The notes under the pieces: model-generated
What the model was told of the DNA's origin: nothing
Seen by the model: the letters and a program-made list of their open reading frames with translations, nothing else
The model's database searches: none
Shown: positions 50,273 to 63,000 of the stretch, one piece after another
How the letters are laid out: each line of letters opens with the position of its first letter
How positions within the stretch are numbered: position 1 is the first letter of the stretch
Position numbers and translations under genes: made by a program
Source of the DNA: Octopus bimaculoides
Taxonomy: Eukaryota
Length of the DNA: 64,000 bases
Assembly: GCF_001194135.2 (NCBI RefSeq)
Contig: NC_068992.1
Location: 52,055,551-52,119,550 of the forward strand
Direction: 5' to 3'

Positions 50273-51330
50273 TAGTTTTATTTTTATAACGTGCTTTCAC
50301 TTCACTACCGAGCGCAGCTCTGTGCGCCTTGGGTATGTGCTGTGGTTTGCTGTGGTGCTCTTATGTTTACTGTATTGAAAGTGTTTTGCGTAGGATGTGT
50401 GCAGTACCCAGTAGTGCAATTTTCTGTATGTTATATATATTTGTAAGTCCTGCTATTTTTGTTATGTATTTGTCTGAATATTTTTTTATTATACCTAAGG
50501 CACCTACTATGATAGGAATTGTTTCTGTTTTTAGATTCCACATTNNNNNNNNNNNNNNNNNNNNNNNNNNNNNNNNNNNNNNNNNNNNNNNNNNNNNNNN
50601 NNNNNNNNNNNNNNNNNNNNNNNNNNNNNNNNNNNNNNNNNNNNNNNNNNNNNNNNNNNNNNNNNNNNNNNNNNNNNNNNNNNNNNNNNNNNNNNNNNNN
50701 NNNNNNNNNNNNNNNNNNNNNNNNNNNNNNNNNNNNNNNNNNNNNNNNNNNNNNNNNNNNNNNNNNNNNNNNNNNNNNNNNNNNNNNNNNNNNNNNNNNN
50801 NNNNNNNNNNNNNNNNNNNNNNNNNNNNNNNNNNNNNNNNNNNNNNNNNNNNNNNNNNNNNNNNNNNNNNNNNNNNNNNNNNNNNNNNNNNNNNNNNNNN
50901 NNNNNNNNNNNNNNNNNNNNNNNNNNNNNNNNNNNNNNNNNNNNNNNNNNNNNNNNNNNNNNNNNNNNNNNNNNNNNNNNNNNNNNNNNNNNNNNNNNNN
51001 NNNNNNNNNNNNNNNNNNNNNNNNNNNNNNNNNNNNNNNNNNNNNNNNNNNNNNNNNNNNNNNNNNNNNNNNNNNNNNNNNNNNNNNNNNNNNNNNNNNN
51101 NNNNNNNNNNNNNNNNNNNNNNNNNNNNNNNNNNNNNNNNNNNNNNNNNNNNNNNNNNNNNNNNNNNNNNNNNNNNNNNNNNNNNNNNNNNNNNNNNNNN
51201 NNNNNNNNNNNNNNNNNNNNCTTCTTCGTATTTGTTAGTTAGATTGATTTCTTGTTTGTATTTGTCAGCTTCCTTAAATACTGAAAACAGTTTTTTGTTT
51301 TGCTCGTGTTTTGTGGCTATTTGTATTAGT
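50268..51330 (-). mobile_element. 5'-truncated Dong/R4-like non-LTR retrotransposon flanked by (TAA)n on both sides (gap 50545-51220 inside)
   Basis: The minus strand reads MWNLKTETIPIIVGALGIIKKYSDKYITKIAGLTNIYNIQKIALLGTAHILRKTLSIQ* (RLE-type C-terminus). On the far side of the gap it reads LIQIATKHEQNKKLFSVFKEADKYKQE. (TAT)n tracts at about 50170-50268 and 51331-51407. Confidence 0.85.
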
Positions 51331-51358
51331 TTATTATTATTATTATTATTACTACTAC

Positions 51359-51404
<46 letters not shown>

Positions 51405-52539
51405 TTATCAACAATACAAATATGTATTGCATAACTTATGGATCTAAATATGCTATTCAGCAAAATTGCACTTTCACATGCTTAAAATCTAATTAAATTT
51501 ACTCTGAAAAATAAGCGGCATCTCAAAATTGGTGTTCCTATTGACTGTATTTTATACCACTCTCTTACACAAAATAAGAAAAATATATCTATTTTTTCCT
51601 AGTAACAAATAATAAAATATAATAATGTGTCAAAATAAGGAATCATGTTCAAAATAAAATGAATTTTCCTTTTGCATTTATTGCTGATGGACTACAAAGA
51701 GCAATTATCTATAATTTCCTTAGAAAGTACCATTAAGAATAAAAATCTACATAAAACTTTCCCATAAAATTGGAACATGAAAACGTAAAGAGTAACCAAA
51801 GTGGAAAAAAAAAATTAGTCAAAACTGTGTTTAATTTATTTCTAACTTTTAAAGAACTTTAATACGATATCTTAGAAACAAGTTTTAGGAAGACTATTTT
51901 GGGAAATAGTTAACCAAGTTATTCTGATGTAAAATACAAATTAAATGTGCAGTGAATATATGACTAAATAACAAGGCATTGTGTTATTACATAATTCTTG
52001 AAATGTAGAAAAATGTAAAAATCATTGCACATGTACAGATTGGGACTGACTAAAGAATTTTGTTATTCACAATAATCTCTTTAGTTTGCAAATTGCTACG
52101 ACCTTTCCACTATTGAGACATTTCTAACCTAATTTCACAAATATGTTTTCGAATTATTATAAATTTGAAAAGATTACTTTCATATATTTTTATATGTTTC
52201 TTTTTTACTTCATAGAAAGGGAGCAATGATTTGGCTTAGCAATTGCTTTAAAATTGCTGGCTTGAAATTTTGGTAGTTGATGTGTATAGAAGTAGCAAAA
52301 GATTTCAGAATGGTTGCTACATGAGAAATGAAATACTAGGAAAAAAGTCTAACATAGAGGTTAATATTTTGAGACATTAAAGAAAGGAGTATTGGTACAT
52401 TTGGTGACATTTTTGAGGAACAAGACCTGTTGGAAAAGTAAAATAGATAGCTGGAGAATGTACGAAATCAATGATTGAGTGATTGATTGGACATGTTAAA
52501 TTCAATAAAATATTTTCATGGCCCTAAATGTGAAATGGC

Positions 52540-52845
52540 AGTAACGTATTATAAATGAATGCCTCTATGGAAACCCACCAAAAGTTAGAGAGAAGATCAA
52601 GCCAAGATGATTGCAACCATCTGGTCATTGCATGCACCACCTTGAACTGGAAGCATTTAAACTAATCATGTGTAAACCACTTCATGGTGATGTGAGAAGA
52701 AAACGTTGTCACATTTACATCAACAACTTGATTGCAGACACTGGCCTGGAATCTATCCAGAACTTCAAAGCAATAATGATGGACAGAAAAGTGTGGCAGG
52801 TGGACTTTGTTGCTGCAACTCATGCTAGAACCCAGCCTTAATGAT
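52540..52845 (+). mobile_element. LINE ORF2 C-terminal relic (RTE/RTEX-like)
   Basis: ...SGHCMHHLELEAFKLIMCKPLHG...RKRCHIYINNLIADTGLESIQNFKAIMMDRKVW resembles the 'RLxxAGHCxRH...WEP.HG...Y...L..DTG...M.DR..W' LINE ending. Confidence 0.7.
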
Positions 52846-54986
52846 AATGTAACAGCTGTGCCATTCCTGATATATAAACAATATCCACCAGTGAGGAACA
52901 TTGTAATTTACTAGAAAATCAGCAACTATTTCTAACTGAAGTAAATTTCTAGTCTTGAAGAAGAATCCCACTTTGACATTTCTTTTTAAATGCATCTTCA
53001 TCTAGCTTAGATAGAATTCTTCAAAATATTCTAAACACTCAACACTTAGTCCGGCCTAATTGCCAACCCTTTAAAACACATTTGACATCTTCCTCAATTC
53101 ATAATCCTGTCCCTATTAAAACGTTCATTGAATCATTGTTTGGTTTAAGCATTTCACTCACTACATTAAAACCAACCAGATGTTTCCAATAATTATATCA
53201 ATCTTTGCAAATACATTTCCCTGCAAACACATGTAAAATAGCTGACAGTATTATGGAAACAATCCTGCATTTTATAATTCTCAAAACTTCTACTTCTATT
53301 TGAAATTCAATGTCTCTATCAGCAGTATTTTCAAGTGGCTGTGCTGCAGCTATAAAAGAAAACCTAGTTTACAAGTATTAGATGAAATATATTTACACAA
53401 TCATGCTCAATACTACTTACCTATGATTGATTGACACTATCCATGAACAGACGCTGCCTAATTATAGGTCTTTCTCTCTACTATATTTGAATCTTCAAAA
53501 AGAGAAGTTAACTATACAACGTCTAATAAAAACAAACTTTAAAATATTAAATTCTTTATGCCAAGTTCAACAAAACTAATAAACTGTGACTTAGAGAAGG
53601 TTTACAACTTCAATACGTAAATTATAAAACTTAATCACATGTAATTACATTTTCATATTTAACTCTTTAAAGAAGCCAAAATATTCCAAAATGCCCATGT
53701 TACATAAAAAAGCTAATTATTGAATATATTAACAATAAATTAACTTTATATTATTTTTATTTGCATACTTTCATACATGATAATAAAAAAAAAATGTCAA
53801 GTTGGTTAAGAAAAAAAAAACTGCATGTATTGCAGACAGATATATTTATACATAGGTACAAATAGTATATGTGTTTCTGTGAGCATTTGTATGCATGTAC
53901 TATACATAGGTGTAATGCTTTTAACTGATGTAGCCTTTGAAAACAAAAATTTCAAAGTGAAATCAATTTTGTTAGAATGAGAGTCCAAATTAAACTCATT
54001 AAGTCTAAACAATCAGTCAGCTCTTCTAATGAACCATCTTTCATGTTATTTGAAATCAGAATTTGCGTGGGTATATGCTTTCATTAGAGTTTGAGAGTTG
54101 TAATTTTAAAGTTGTTGTTTCATGTAAATTTTTTTAATGATTTAATTTAGATAATTCGATAATTTTCTGCAAAGAAAAAAAAAAAAAGTTAGGCTCTACT
54201 GAGTATTAAACAACAGCAGTATATATATTTTATGTTGTTATTTAATATGCATATAATATGTACAAATGAAACTGTGACATAATCAAATACAAGAAAGAGT
54301 AGGTTAACAACTTTCATCTTTGATACATATTTTCATCTTATGATATCAACAAAAAAAAATTATTAAAAATATTACAATTACACATATAAAATATAATTTA
54401 TTGATACAAAAAATTTTTTTTTTTTCAGTATTAAGAGTAGAAAATTGTCAAAAATAGGAAAGAGCCATTAAATTGTAAATAGCTTTGAATATTTAGCCTT
54501 GTTAAGGGGACAAGCTAGCAAAATAGTCAGCATGCCGAACAAAATGCTTAGCAGCAAATGTTGCCAGGATTGATTTTGCCTTTCATCCTTATGAGATCGA
54601 TAAAATAAGTACCAGTTGCATACTGGTTTCGATGTAATTGACTTTCCCTGAAATTGCTTATGTTGTACCAACGCCTGAAACCAATATCTAGCTCAAAGAC
54701 AATATAATGTATTGGTATATTTATTTTTATATATATATATTTTTCTATTCTTTTGTAAAAAACATTATTTTCATTCTCCCTCTTCTTGAAAATTTGCCAT
54801 GCAATGAAAGCCAGTTAGACATCCTTTTTAATCTTCCTTATACACATCTATATTAAAATATGCTTTCAGTTTAGCATTCTGCCTTATTATTACTATTTTT
54901 TATTTTTCCTTTTCCTATACATNNNNNNNNNNNNNNNNNNNNNNNNNNNNNNNNNNNNNNNNNNNNNNNNNNNNNNNNNNNNNNNN

Positions 54987-55024
<38 letters not shown>

Positions 55025-55025
<1 letters not shown>

Positions 55026-55190
55026 CATACAATGGGCTTTTTTCAGTTTCCGTCTACCAAATCCACTCACAAAGCTTTGGTCAGCCCAAGGCTATAGTAA
55101 AAGACACTTGGCCAAGGTGCCACTTAATTGGACTAAACCCAGAACCATATGGCTGGAAAGCAAGCTTCTTATCACACAGTCATACCTGTG
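55025..55190 (-). mobile_element. Family B SINE head half after a gap
   Basis: gggcttttttcagtttccgtctaccaaatccactcacaaagctttggtcagcccaaggctatagtaaaagacacttggccaaggtgcc. Confidence 0.85.
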
Positions 55191-58100
55191 ACTCAGTTTA
55201 TCTTCAGAATTTTTTATAGAATTCAATTTTCCAAGACTTCATTAAATTTTGCAATGAGAATCAGGCTGGCATTATGCTCAAGTTACCAAAAATGTTCAGT
55301 TCTGAAATAATTTCATAATTTTTTGCAAATAACATGAAGACAAACAGGAATCATTGTCAAGCCTGGGTTTGTTTTTAAGAATTTAAATACAATCTCCACA
55401 TTTATAAATCCATTTACGCAGTTACTGTCCATCACGAATCAGCACATCAATTACAGAGTAACTAAAAAATTTATTGTTAATATAAAATGGTGAAACTACA
55501 ACAGTTAGATTTAGATTATTTCCTCTCAAATATTATATAACTGAGAGTAATCAGAGATTTAATTTGATAAATATTTAAAAGAGATTACATGCAGACAATG
55601 TATGAACTGGGAGCATATTGTGTAATGGCAGATATGTGTTATTTATTAAACATCTTTCGTTTGCTTTGACTATTAATTAATTAAAAGCAGACCCTAGAGT
55701 TACTTTGAATAACACACAGACACCGTTCTTTTATTTCTTACTCAAACAAAGTTTCAGAAACTTACCTCTGCATATACAATATGTGTGTGTGTGTGTATGT
55801 ATGTGTGTGCAAGGGGAGTTTTATCACTTTATCTTGACATAGCGTGATAGTTGTAAATATAAGCATGGCTATCACATGAGCAGTGGTCTTTGTTTCCTGT
55901 GTTCCATGAAAACATATCCAGCCATGGAGAAATATTACCTTCTTTCAAAAAAAGCATGAAAGTTGGCTCCAGAAAAAGCACCATTCTATAGAAAATTTGC
56001 AACACTGACCTCCATCTGATCTAACCAAACTATGACGACGATGATGATGATGGTGGTGATGGTGGTGGTGGTGGTAGTGGTGGTGATGATGATGATTATG
56101 GCGGTAATGATGATGATGATGATGATGATGACTAGTAAGTTAGATATTATGTAACCTTCAGTTTCACCAAGTCACAAAAATAAGCAGGTAAGAAATCACA
56201 AACCGTTTATGTCATGTTCATATTATGCCACCAAAGGTGAGTTTGTCAAAGGATAAGGTAATTATTCTATTTACCTCAGACTGCCGCTATAGATACATAG
56301 GGGTGGACTCTTCAATTAACTGTGTAGTCTGTAAAACAAATAAAATTTTAAAAGTAAATTGCTTAAATATTGGTTTACCATTGATTGTAAGCAATTCTTT
56401 GTTGTGTTTCATAGGTGATGTTAAGTAAATGTACCAACTTTAAACAGAATAAATTCACAGCTCTTTCTAAAGACTTTAAAATGCTGAAAATGTATTTCTG
56501 TGTTACATGACTTAATGTTCTGAACCACTCAAGTTTTCTGACAACTTATAGAGAAATCTTTTAACCATTTTTATTTCAATAAAATATTTTGACGTGATAG
56601 AAGCGAGTAATTTTCCAAAAACCTGTTGTGTCTGCATTAAGATAAAAGTTACATGGAAGTGCAATGGTTTAATGATCCATGACAAGTTACAAGCCTGTAC
56701 ACCCATGGAGAACTGAACGAAAAGAGAAAAGAAAGTCTGATATATATATGTGTGTATATTGTTTCTGATTAAAATCCTTAAAGAAGACTGGAATGCATTG
56801 ATAGGTAAATTAAGTTGTTGGGTTAAAAGGTGGCAGCTGACAAACAGAAACATTGTGGTAAGCAAATTCACTTCTTGAGCTGAAACATTAGCAAGAGATA
56901 TTTCATTCATTCTTTCGTGTCTGACGTTCACAAAATGATTGCATATAGAAATGTAAAGTGCATTTCATCCTTCAAATGTTTCATTTATCAGAAGTCTTTG
57001 ATCTTTGTACATCGTGCAGCAGAAATCCTCTTGGGAAATGGTAGTCACAACTGAATAATATCTCAATGATATATTTTTATTCAACGTGTAATTTATTCAT
57101 GACATGATGTGCTAATTGCAAAACAATATAACTTGTAAAGAGGCAAAGCCTACTTTCCTTAGAAGCCATTCATACAACACCTTTGCCTAACATGCTACAT
57201 AATAAAACTCCATTTTTCACTAGTCAATAATGGATGTACTCATTCAAACAAATGTAAAATTGGATATTGAGACTGTAGAAGATACTGTACATTAAATGCA
57301 ATGCTTGACTTGTTTTTCCAGCAGATTTCAAAGAAAATCTTTCAAATCTGTTGGAAAATCAGCCACTAACTCATTATTGTAGAGTCAACAAATACTCATC
57401 ATAATAATAAGAGTTGAATTTTGGTACTACCAGATAACCAAGCCAACAATGTCAAGCAACAGCTATCATTAAAATGACTCAGATTATCTCATATGATATC
57501 CAATTGATTTCCATCAAATGGAATGGGATAATATTCAATGTAGTAAATATGACTGAATATCTATGCAGAATCAAATGTATGGGAAAGAAAATGTCTTCTC
57601 TCAATTCGATTAATATTGATATACAATGGAAAATATTCTGAGAGTTTTCTCACAAAGACACAATAATGTATTGCAGAGAGGAATATGCAGTGAACTACGT
57701 GCCTGACTCAGGTAAAATTGGATAAAATATCAAATTACATGCAATCCTAATGATTATAAGTTAAGCAATGCACTAGCAACTAGCAGAAATTGAAATGAGA
57801 TAAGTTTTTAAAGTTATACTAATAAGAAAATTGAATCAGAAATCAGAGATATTGCTAAATTTAAATATCAATGATGAATAATAGGTCAATACATTAAGGA
57901 TGCACTGTTATTTAGAAATAACTTGTGTTTCCTTCACACAAGTCATTTATTCTTTCCATGATAATATTCCCAAAGAAACAAAACTTGTTATTTTGAACTT
58001 CAGAAGTAATATGAAGTATATTTAGAATGGCCACGTTTTGATCCATCATATATATCTGTGTAAGTTTTGTAGATTTGTAGCTTCTGTTATTTATTTGTAT

Positions 58101-58339
58101 TATTATTATCTTATCTTTTCAGTGTCACAAAAAAAGTATCACATGGGCACTTGGATTGATGTAGTTTATTTAAGCTTTCCCCTTACTGGTTTGTGCCAAA
58201 ATCAGAAACCGTTTTTACCTTCAAATTCCACCGTGATAGTTTTCCTTCTTTTCAAGGTTGTTAAAATAAGTACCGGTCAAACACAGTGGTTGGTAATTAT
58301 ACAATAAAGTTTTGTATTAATAAAGACCAAAACACTACA

Positions 58340-59070
58340 GGACTGTATGAAATGCTTCACATTGCTTATGGATTTACTTGTTCACTGGCACAAGGGGGTC
58401 AAGGATGGTAGAAAGGAAATGAGAGATGATGAGAGGATTGGCAGGGATAAGGATGTCAGAACATCAGAGCAAGTTGAGAAAATTCCCAGTTCTCTGGATG
58501 AAGACTATCATATGTCTATAAAGACAATAAGCAAACAGTTTGCAGTTGGTATAGTGGTAGCAGCAAACAGAACATTCATGAAGATCTGAACATGCACAAA
58601 GTTTGTGCAAGGTTTGTTCCCAGTGTGCTCAGTGATGAGTCTCCTGGTAACCAGCTACCTATTACAGGTAAGTTCACCACCATCAATTCACTGTGAAGAA
58701 CATTCCCCATGAGGAAAGTTCACTGTGAGGAAAGATCACCACGAGGAAAATTTACTGAGGAAATATATCCATAGTATCTCACCATTAAGAGGTAAAAACT
58801 ATTTTACTGAAATAAAAAAAGCAGTGAATTTACTGAACATGACTTGGCAGAGAAGGGCATCAAAATTGTCCCTAACACTACCTACAGTCCAGACCTTACT
58901 CCCTCTAACTGTTGGTTGTTCCCCAAGCTGAAGAAGAACCTCAGAGGTAGTCATTTTAAAGTTAAAGGAATCAGTGACAAGGGTTTGGATACCTTCATTT
59001 TGAAGGACTTCCATGAGGCCATCATGAATTGGTAGGAGAACTACAAAGGGCATTGAAGTCTGAGGATCTT
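58340..59070 (+). mobile_element. Mariner (DD34D-type) transposase relic, internally deleted
   Basis: KDGRKEMRDDERIGRDKDVRT...IHEDLNMHKVCARFVPSVLSDE (WVP-like motif) and KGIKIVPNTTYSPDLTPSNCWLFPKLKKNLRGSHF (YSPDL motif). Confidence 0.88.
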
Positions 59071-59119
59071 ACTTTGAAGAAGATTACAGTTTTGTTGTTC
59101 TTTGAAATTAATATATATC

Positions 59120-59340
59120 TCTCCGATGATATGGCAGAATTATTAGCATGCTGGGCAAAGTGCTTGGTAGCATTTCACTCATCTTTATGTTCTGAGTTCA
59201 AATGTCACCAAGGTAATTTTTCCTTTCCATCCTTTCTGGATCAATAAAATAAGCACCAATTGAGCTTTGGGGTTGATGTAATAGACATCCCCGCCTCCCT
59301 GAAACTACTGAATTTGTGCCAAATTTTGAAATCAATACAT
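59120..59340 (+). mobile_element. Family C SINE
   Basis: atggcagaattattagcatgctgggcaaagtgcttgg...ttctgagttcaaatg...ccatcctttctggatcaataaaataag. Confidence 0.8.
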
Positions 59341-60359
59341 GTCATTCCTGAAAAAGTTCGAAAACTTCTGGAATGCACATTGTATATTGCATATAAAATG
59401 ACAATTGTTGCATTAAGCGAAACATCAAAAATAGAATAACATCAGCATGAAAATGTACAAGACAAGATACTAAGTTCTAGCCTTGTGTATTTTTAATTTC
59501 TAAATGCAGTCTATTTAAATGCAGTCACCTTGCTTTCTAATGGAAAGTGTGCAGAAGTACCAAACAGATCTTATAGAGTGAGTTACAACATATAACAGTG
59601 TCTTACTTTTGGCATATCAGCAAACAGATTTATGAAATCATGTCTCAGTAAAATTTTAACTTGTCAAATCATTTGTCAAAGAGTCACTTAATTATTTATT
59701 GAAACAAAAGTTTGTCTGACACTGTTATTCTACTTATAAATCTCATTCTTAGAAAAGAACTTGACATAAAAATCATAAAATAGTCTTGATGCAGTTATAA
59801 GCATGTTTTGAATTGTCACTATAACTACTAATGATCAGGTTTACTACTTTATTTTTATTTTCATCTAATTTTTAATCAATTTAAACAAACACCATTGCTT
59901 GACTCACAGTGATACTTATTTGTTATCACATGATATAAAGACACAGACACACACACACATACACATCTCTTTCTGTCTCTCTCTCTCTCCATATACATAC
60001 ATAAATACATATACATACATATATATATATATATATGTAAACACATACATATATATATATATGTATTATTCATTTAAAATTCAGAGATGCCTATAATAGG
60101 ACATCTAACCCGCTAGAAATAGCAGCAAAAGACTACATACCACAAAATTAGGGATAATTTCAAAATTTCAAAAATTTTTTTGCTACCCTATAATTTATTA
60201 ATATATATATATGTATGTAGTTATGTATGTATATATGTATGTGTATATACATATATATATATGTGTATGTACATACACACATCATCATCATCATCATCAT
60301 TATCATCATTTAACGTCCGTTTTCCATACTGGCATGGGTTGGATGGTTTGACAAGAGTC

Positions 60360-60572
60360 ATATGATTGTGTGTCTGTTTTTGTTCCTCTACCATTGCTTG
60401 ACAACCGATGTTGGTGTGTTTACATCTCCATAACTTACTAGTTCGGCAAAAGAGACCAATAGAATAAGTACTAGGCTTACAAAGAATAAGTCCTGGGGTC
60501 GATTTGTTCAACTAAAGTCAGTGCTCCAGTATGGTCATAGTCAAATGACTGAAACAAATGAAATGATAAAAG
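60360..60572 (+). mobile_element. Family B SINE tail half
   Basis: gcttgacaaccgatgttggtgtgtttacatctcc...aagaataagtcctggggtcgatttg...gtcaaatgactgaaacaaatg. Confidence 0.85.
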
Positions 60573-61246
60573 AATATATATNNNNNNNNNNNNNNNNNNN
60601 NNNNNNNNNNNNNNNNNNNNNNNNNNNNNNNNNATATATATATATATATACACACACAAAGATAGAGAGAGATTCACACACATACACACGCACAGGAATA
60701 TAAAGACGTAATCATGATAGTTAGCTATGGAGAAGTCTGCATAAATACATAGATATACAAGGATGCTCGTCATGTTATGTAATCTGAGAGCATATGATTC
60801 AAAAGACAGCATCAAGAAAGTTGTGTTCACATAAACTTTGATGGCTGAGAAGAAAAGCCTTTTATCAAAACAGCACTTCAAAGTTTGACTGACAAATCCT
60901 AAATTTAGAATAGTCTGCAGTGTTCCTAAATTGCAGCATTTACTTTTAATTCAGCAATACTCATCATTACTGACTTTTCATCCTTCGCCATTATTCGTAA
61001 TATGCCATTGCTATAAATCTTTATCATTGGTAATGATAAAGCAGATTCATTTGAAGTAAATTTATTGAAAGGATGACATTTTAAGCATTTGTATAATTTT
61101 AAATTATTTAATACAGCAAACTGTATTGTATTTTAGAACTTGCTGAGAAGTCATGCAATCTGGTTATAAATGCAATTCATATGTTAGTCTGTTGTGTTAA
61201 TGTACTGTGTTTGCTCCAAATGTATTGAATAATATATCTGTCTATT

Positions 61247-61860
61247 TACAGGGCGTCTGGGCTAAATTTGACAGTTTGCATAAAAGGAAAAGGGAAAAAA
61301 ATTATTCCATCCTAAAATGAAAGTACTTAAAAAAATTGTAAAATATCAACTAGTTAGTGGCAGGGGCACAACAGTTTGTTCAAAGCAGCCACACTCAGCT
61401 TCCAATATGGCATCAAAATCGCTTCAGTATTGGGTGAATACTTTCTTCACAGTATCCTTGGGAAGATCTTCAAACACTTCCTTCATCTTAGCCACCTACT
61501 CAGCTTTGGTGTTTCATGTAGAGCCCTTGGTGTCATATCAGCCATGCCCTGCACATAGTAATCCATGGGTTTACAATCGGGGGAATTAGGAAGTTAGAAA
61601 CTGGGACTGGTGAAGTCACAGAAATTCTCTAACAACTAGTTCTGAATCTTTCCAGAGATAAGGCAGGAGCTGAATCCTGTTGTCACATATTTGGCCTTCT
61701 AGCAACAACCCTCTCCAGACATGATTTGACCACAGTCTCCAGCAGCTTCATAAAGCCATTTGAATTAAGGCTAAGGCCTTGTGCATCGGTTGTTGGATAT
61801 ATTCTGGTCAGCAGTCACAGTCAGAATACCTGCTCTGTCTATTTCAGCTGACCATGGTTT
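61247..61860 (-). mobile_element. maT/DD37D-like Tc1/mariner transposase relic with one terminus
   Basis: The minus strand reads ...LLETVVKSCLERVVARRPNM*QQDSAPA...NFCDFTSPSF*LPNSPDCKPMDYYV (an SPDxNPxDY-type motif). The end tacagggcgtc at 61247 is TA+CAGGG, typical of this superfamily. Confidence 0.75.
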
Positions 61861-62069
61861 TGTAGTCGATGTTTCAGCCATCCATGTCATGTCTTACAGA
61901 ATTTAGTGTTCAGAGAATATTGAGAAACAGTCATGTCAGCATTTTAATACCAGGTGTGAATCATCCTGATACATCATCATCGTCATCATCATCACTTGAC
62001 GTCTATTGTCCATTCTGGCATGGGACGGACAGTTTTACCAGAGCTGACAAGCTGGAAGGCTGTACCAGA

Positions 62070-62330
62070 CTCCATTGATGTGTTGTGTCCTTGAGCAAAA
62101 CACTTTATTTCACATTGCTCCAGTCCACTCAACTGGCAAAAGTGAGTTGTACCAGTAATTCAAAGGGCCAGCTTTGTCCTGTTGAATCTCCTTGAGAAAT
62201 ATGTTAAGGGTACACATGTCTGTGGAGTACTCAGCCACTTGCACGTTAATTTCATGAGTTGGCTGTTCCATTGATCGAATCAACCAGAACACTCATTGTC
62301 ATAACCGACGGAGTGCCAGTTGCCACAGTT
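62070..62330 (+). mobile_element. Headless SINE with V/Meta-like domain
   Basis: gtgttgtgtccttgagcaaaacactttatttcacattgctccagtccactcaactgg, shared with the 4758-5002 element, ending ...taaccgacggagtgccag. Confidence 0.65.
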
Positions 62331-62369
62331 ATGTGGCTCTGTAACAGTCACATGGCTTAGTTCGTTAAG

Positions 62370-63000
62370 CATGGTTTCTATGACTGGATACCCTTCCTCA
62401 TGCCAACCACTCTGAGAGTGTAATGGGTGCTTTTAAGTGCCACTGGCACAGGTGCTAACTGCGTGACACCAATATCTACCACAACTGTAATTTTACTTGG
62501 CTTGATGGGTCTTCTTCTTAAGCACAACATAATGCCAAATGCCTCTATGAGGCCCAACACTGAAAAGGAACTTTTCATGTGCCACCGGTCAGCCACCTCA
62601 CCTATGTGAGGCCCAACACTCAAAGGTGCTTTTTCTGTGCCACCGGCATGGGTGCCAGTTACATGACACCAGCATTGGTCACAACTAAGATTTCCCTTGG
62701 CTTGACAGATCTTCTCAAGCACAGCATATTGCCAAAGGTCTTGGTCACTAGCCATTGCCTCTGTGAGGCCCAAAGTTTGAAAATCATGCTTCACTACCTC
62801 GTCCCATGCCTGCTTGGGTCTACCTCTACCACACGTTCCCTCTGCAGTTAGAGATTAGCACCTCTTTATATAGTTGTCCTCATCCATGCACATCACATGA
62901 CCATACCAGCAGAGTCATCTCTCTTGCACACCACATCCGACACCTCTTATGCCTAACTTTTCTCTCAAGATGCTCACACTTTGTAAAACATGCACACTGA
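62370..63000 (-). mobile_element. RTE-clade LINE 3' fragment with partially duplicated 3' end and family A tail
   Basis: LREKLGIRGVGCGVQER*LCWYGHVM..., then MKHDFQTLGLTEAMASDQDLWQYAVLEK. The segment cttggcttga...cttctcaagcacagcat...atgaggcccaa appears twice (about 62495-62560 and 62695-62775). Confidence 0.85.

Noticed and set aside
56260-56740. Minus-strand acceptor/donor pairs and a 139-aa ORF (56512-56931)
   Set aside because: The best-bounded candidate exon (about 56277-56330) has stops in all three frames, and the long ORF is unrecognisable.
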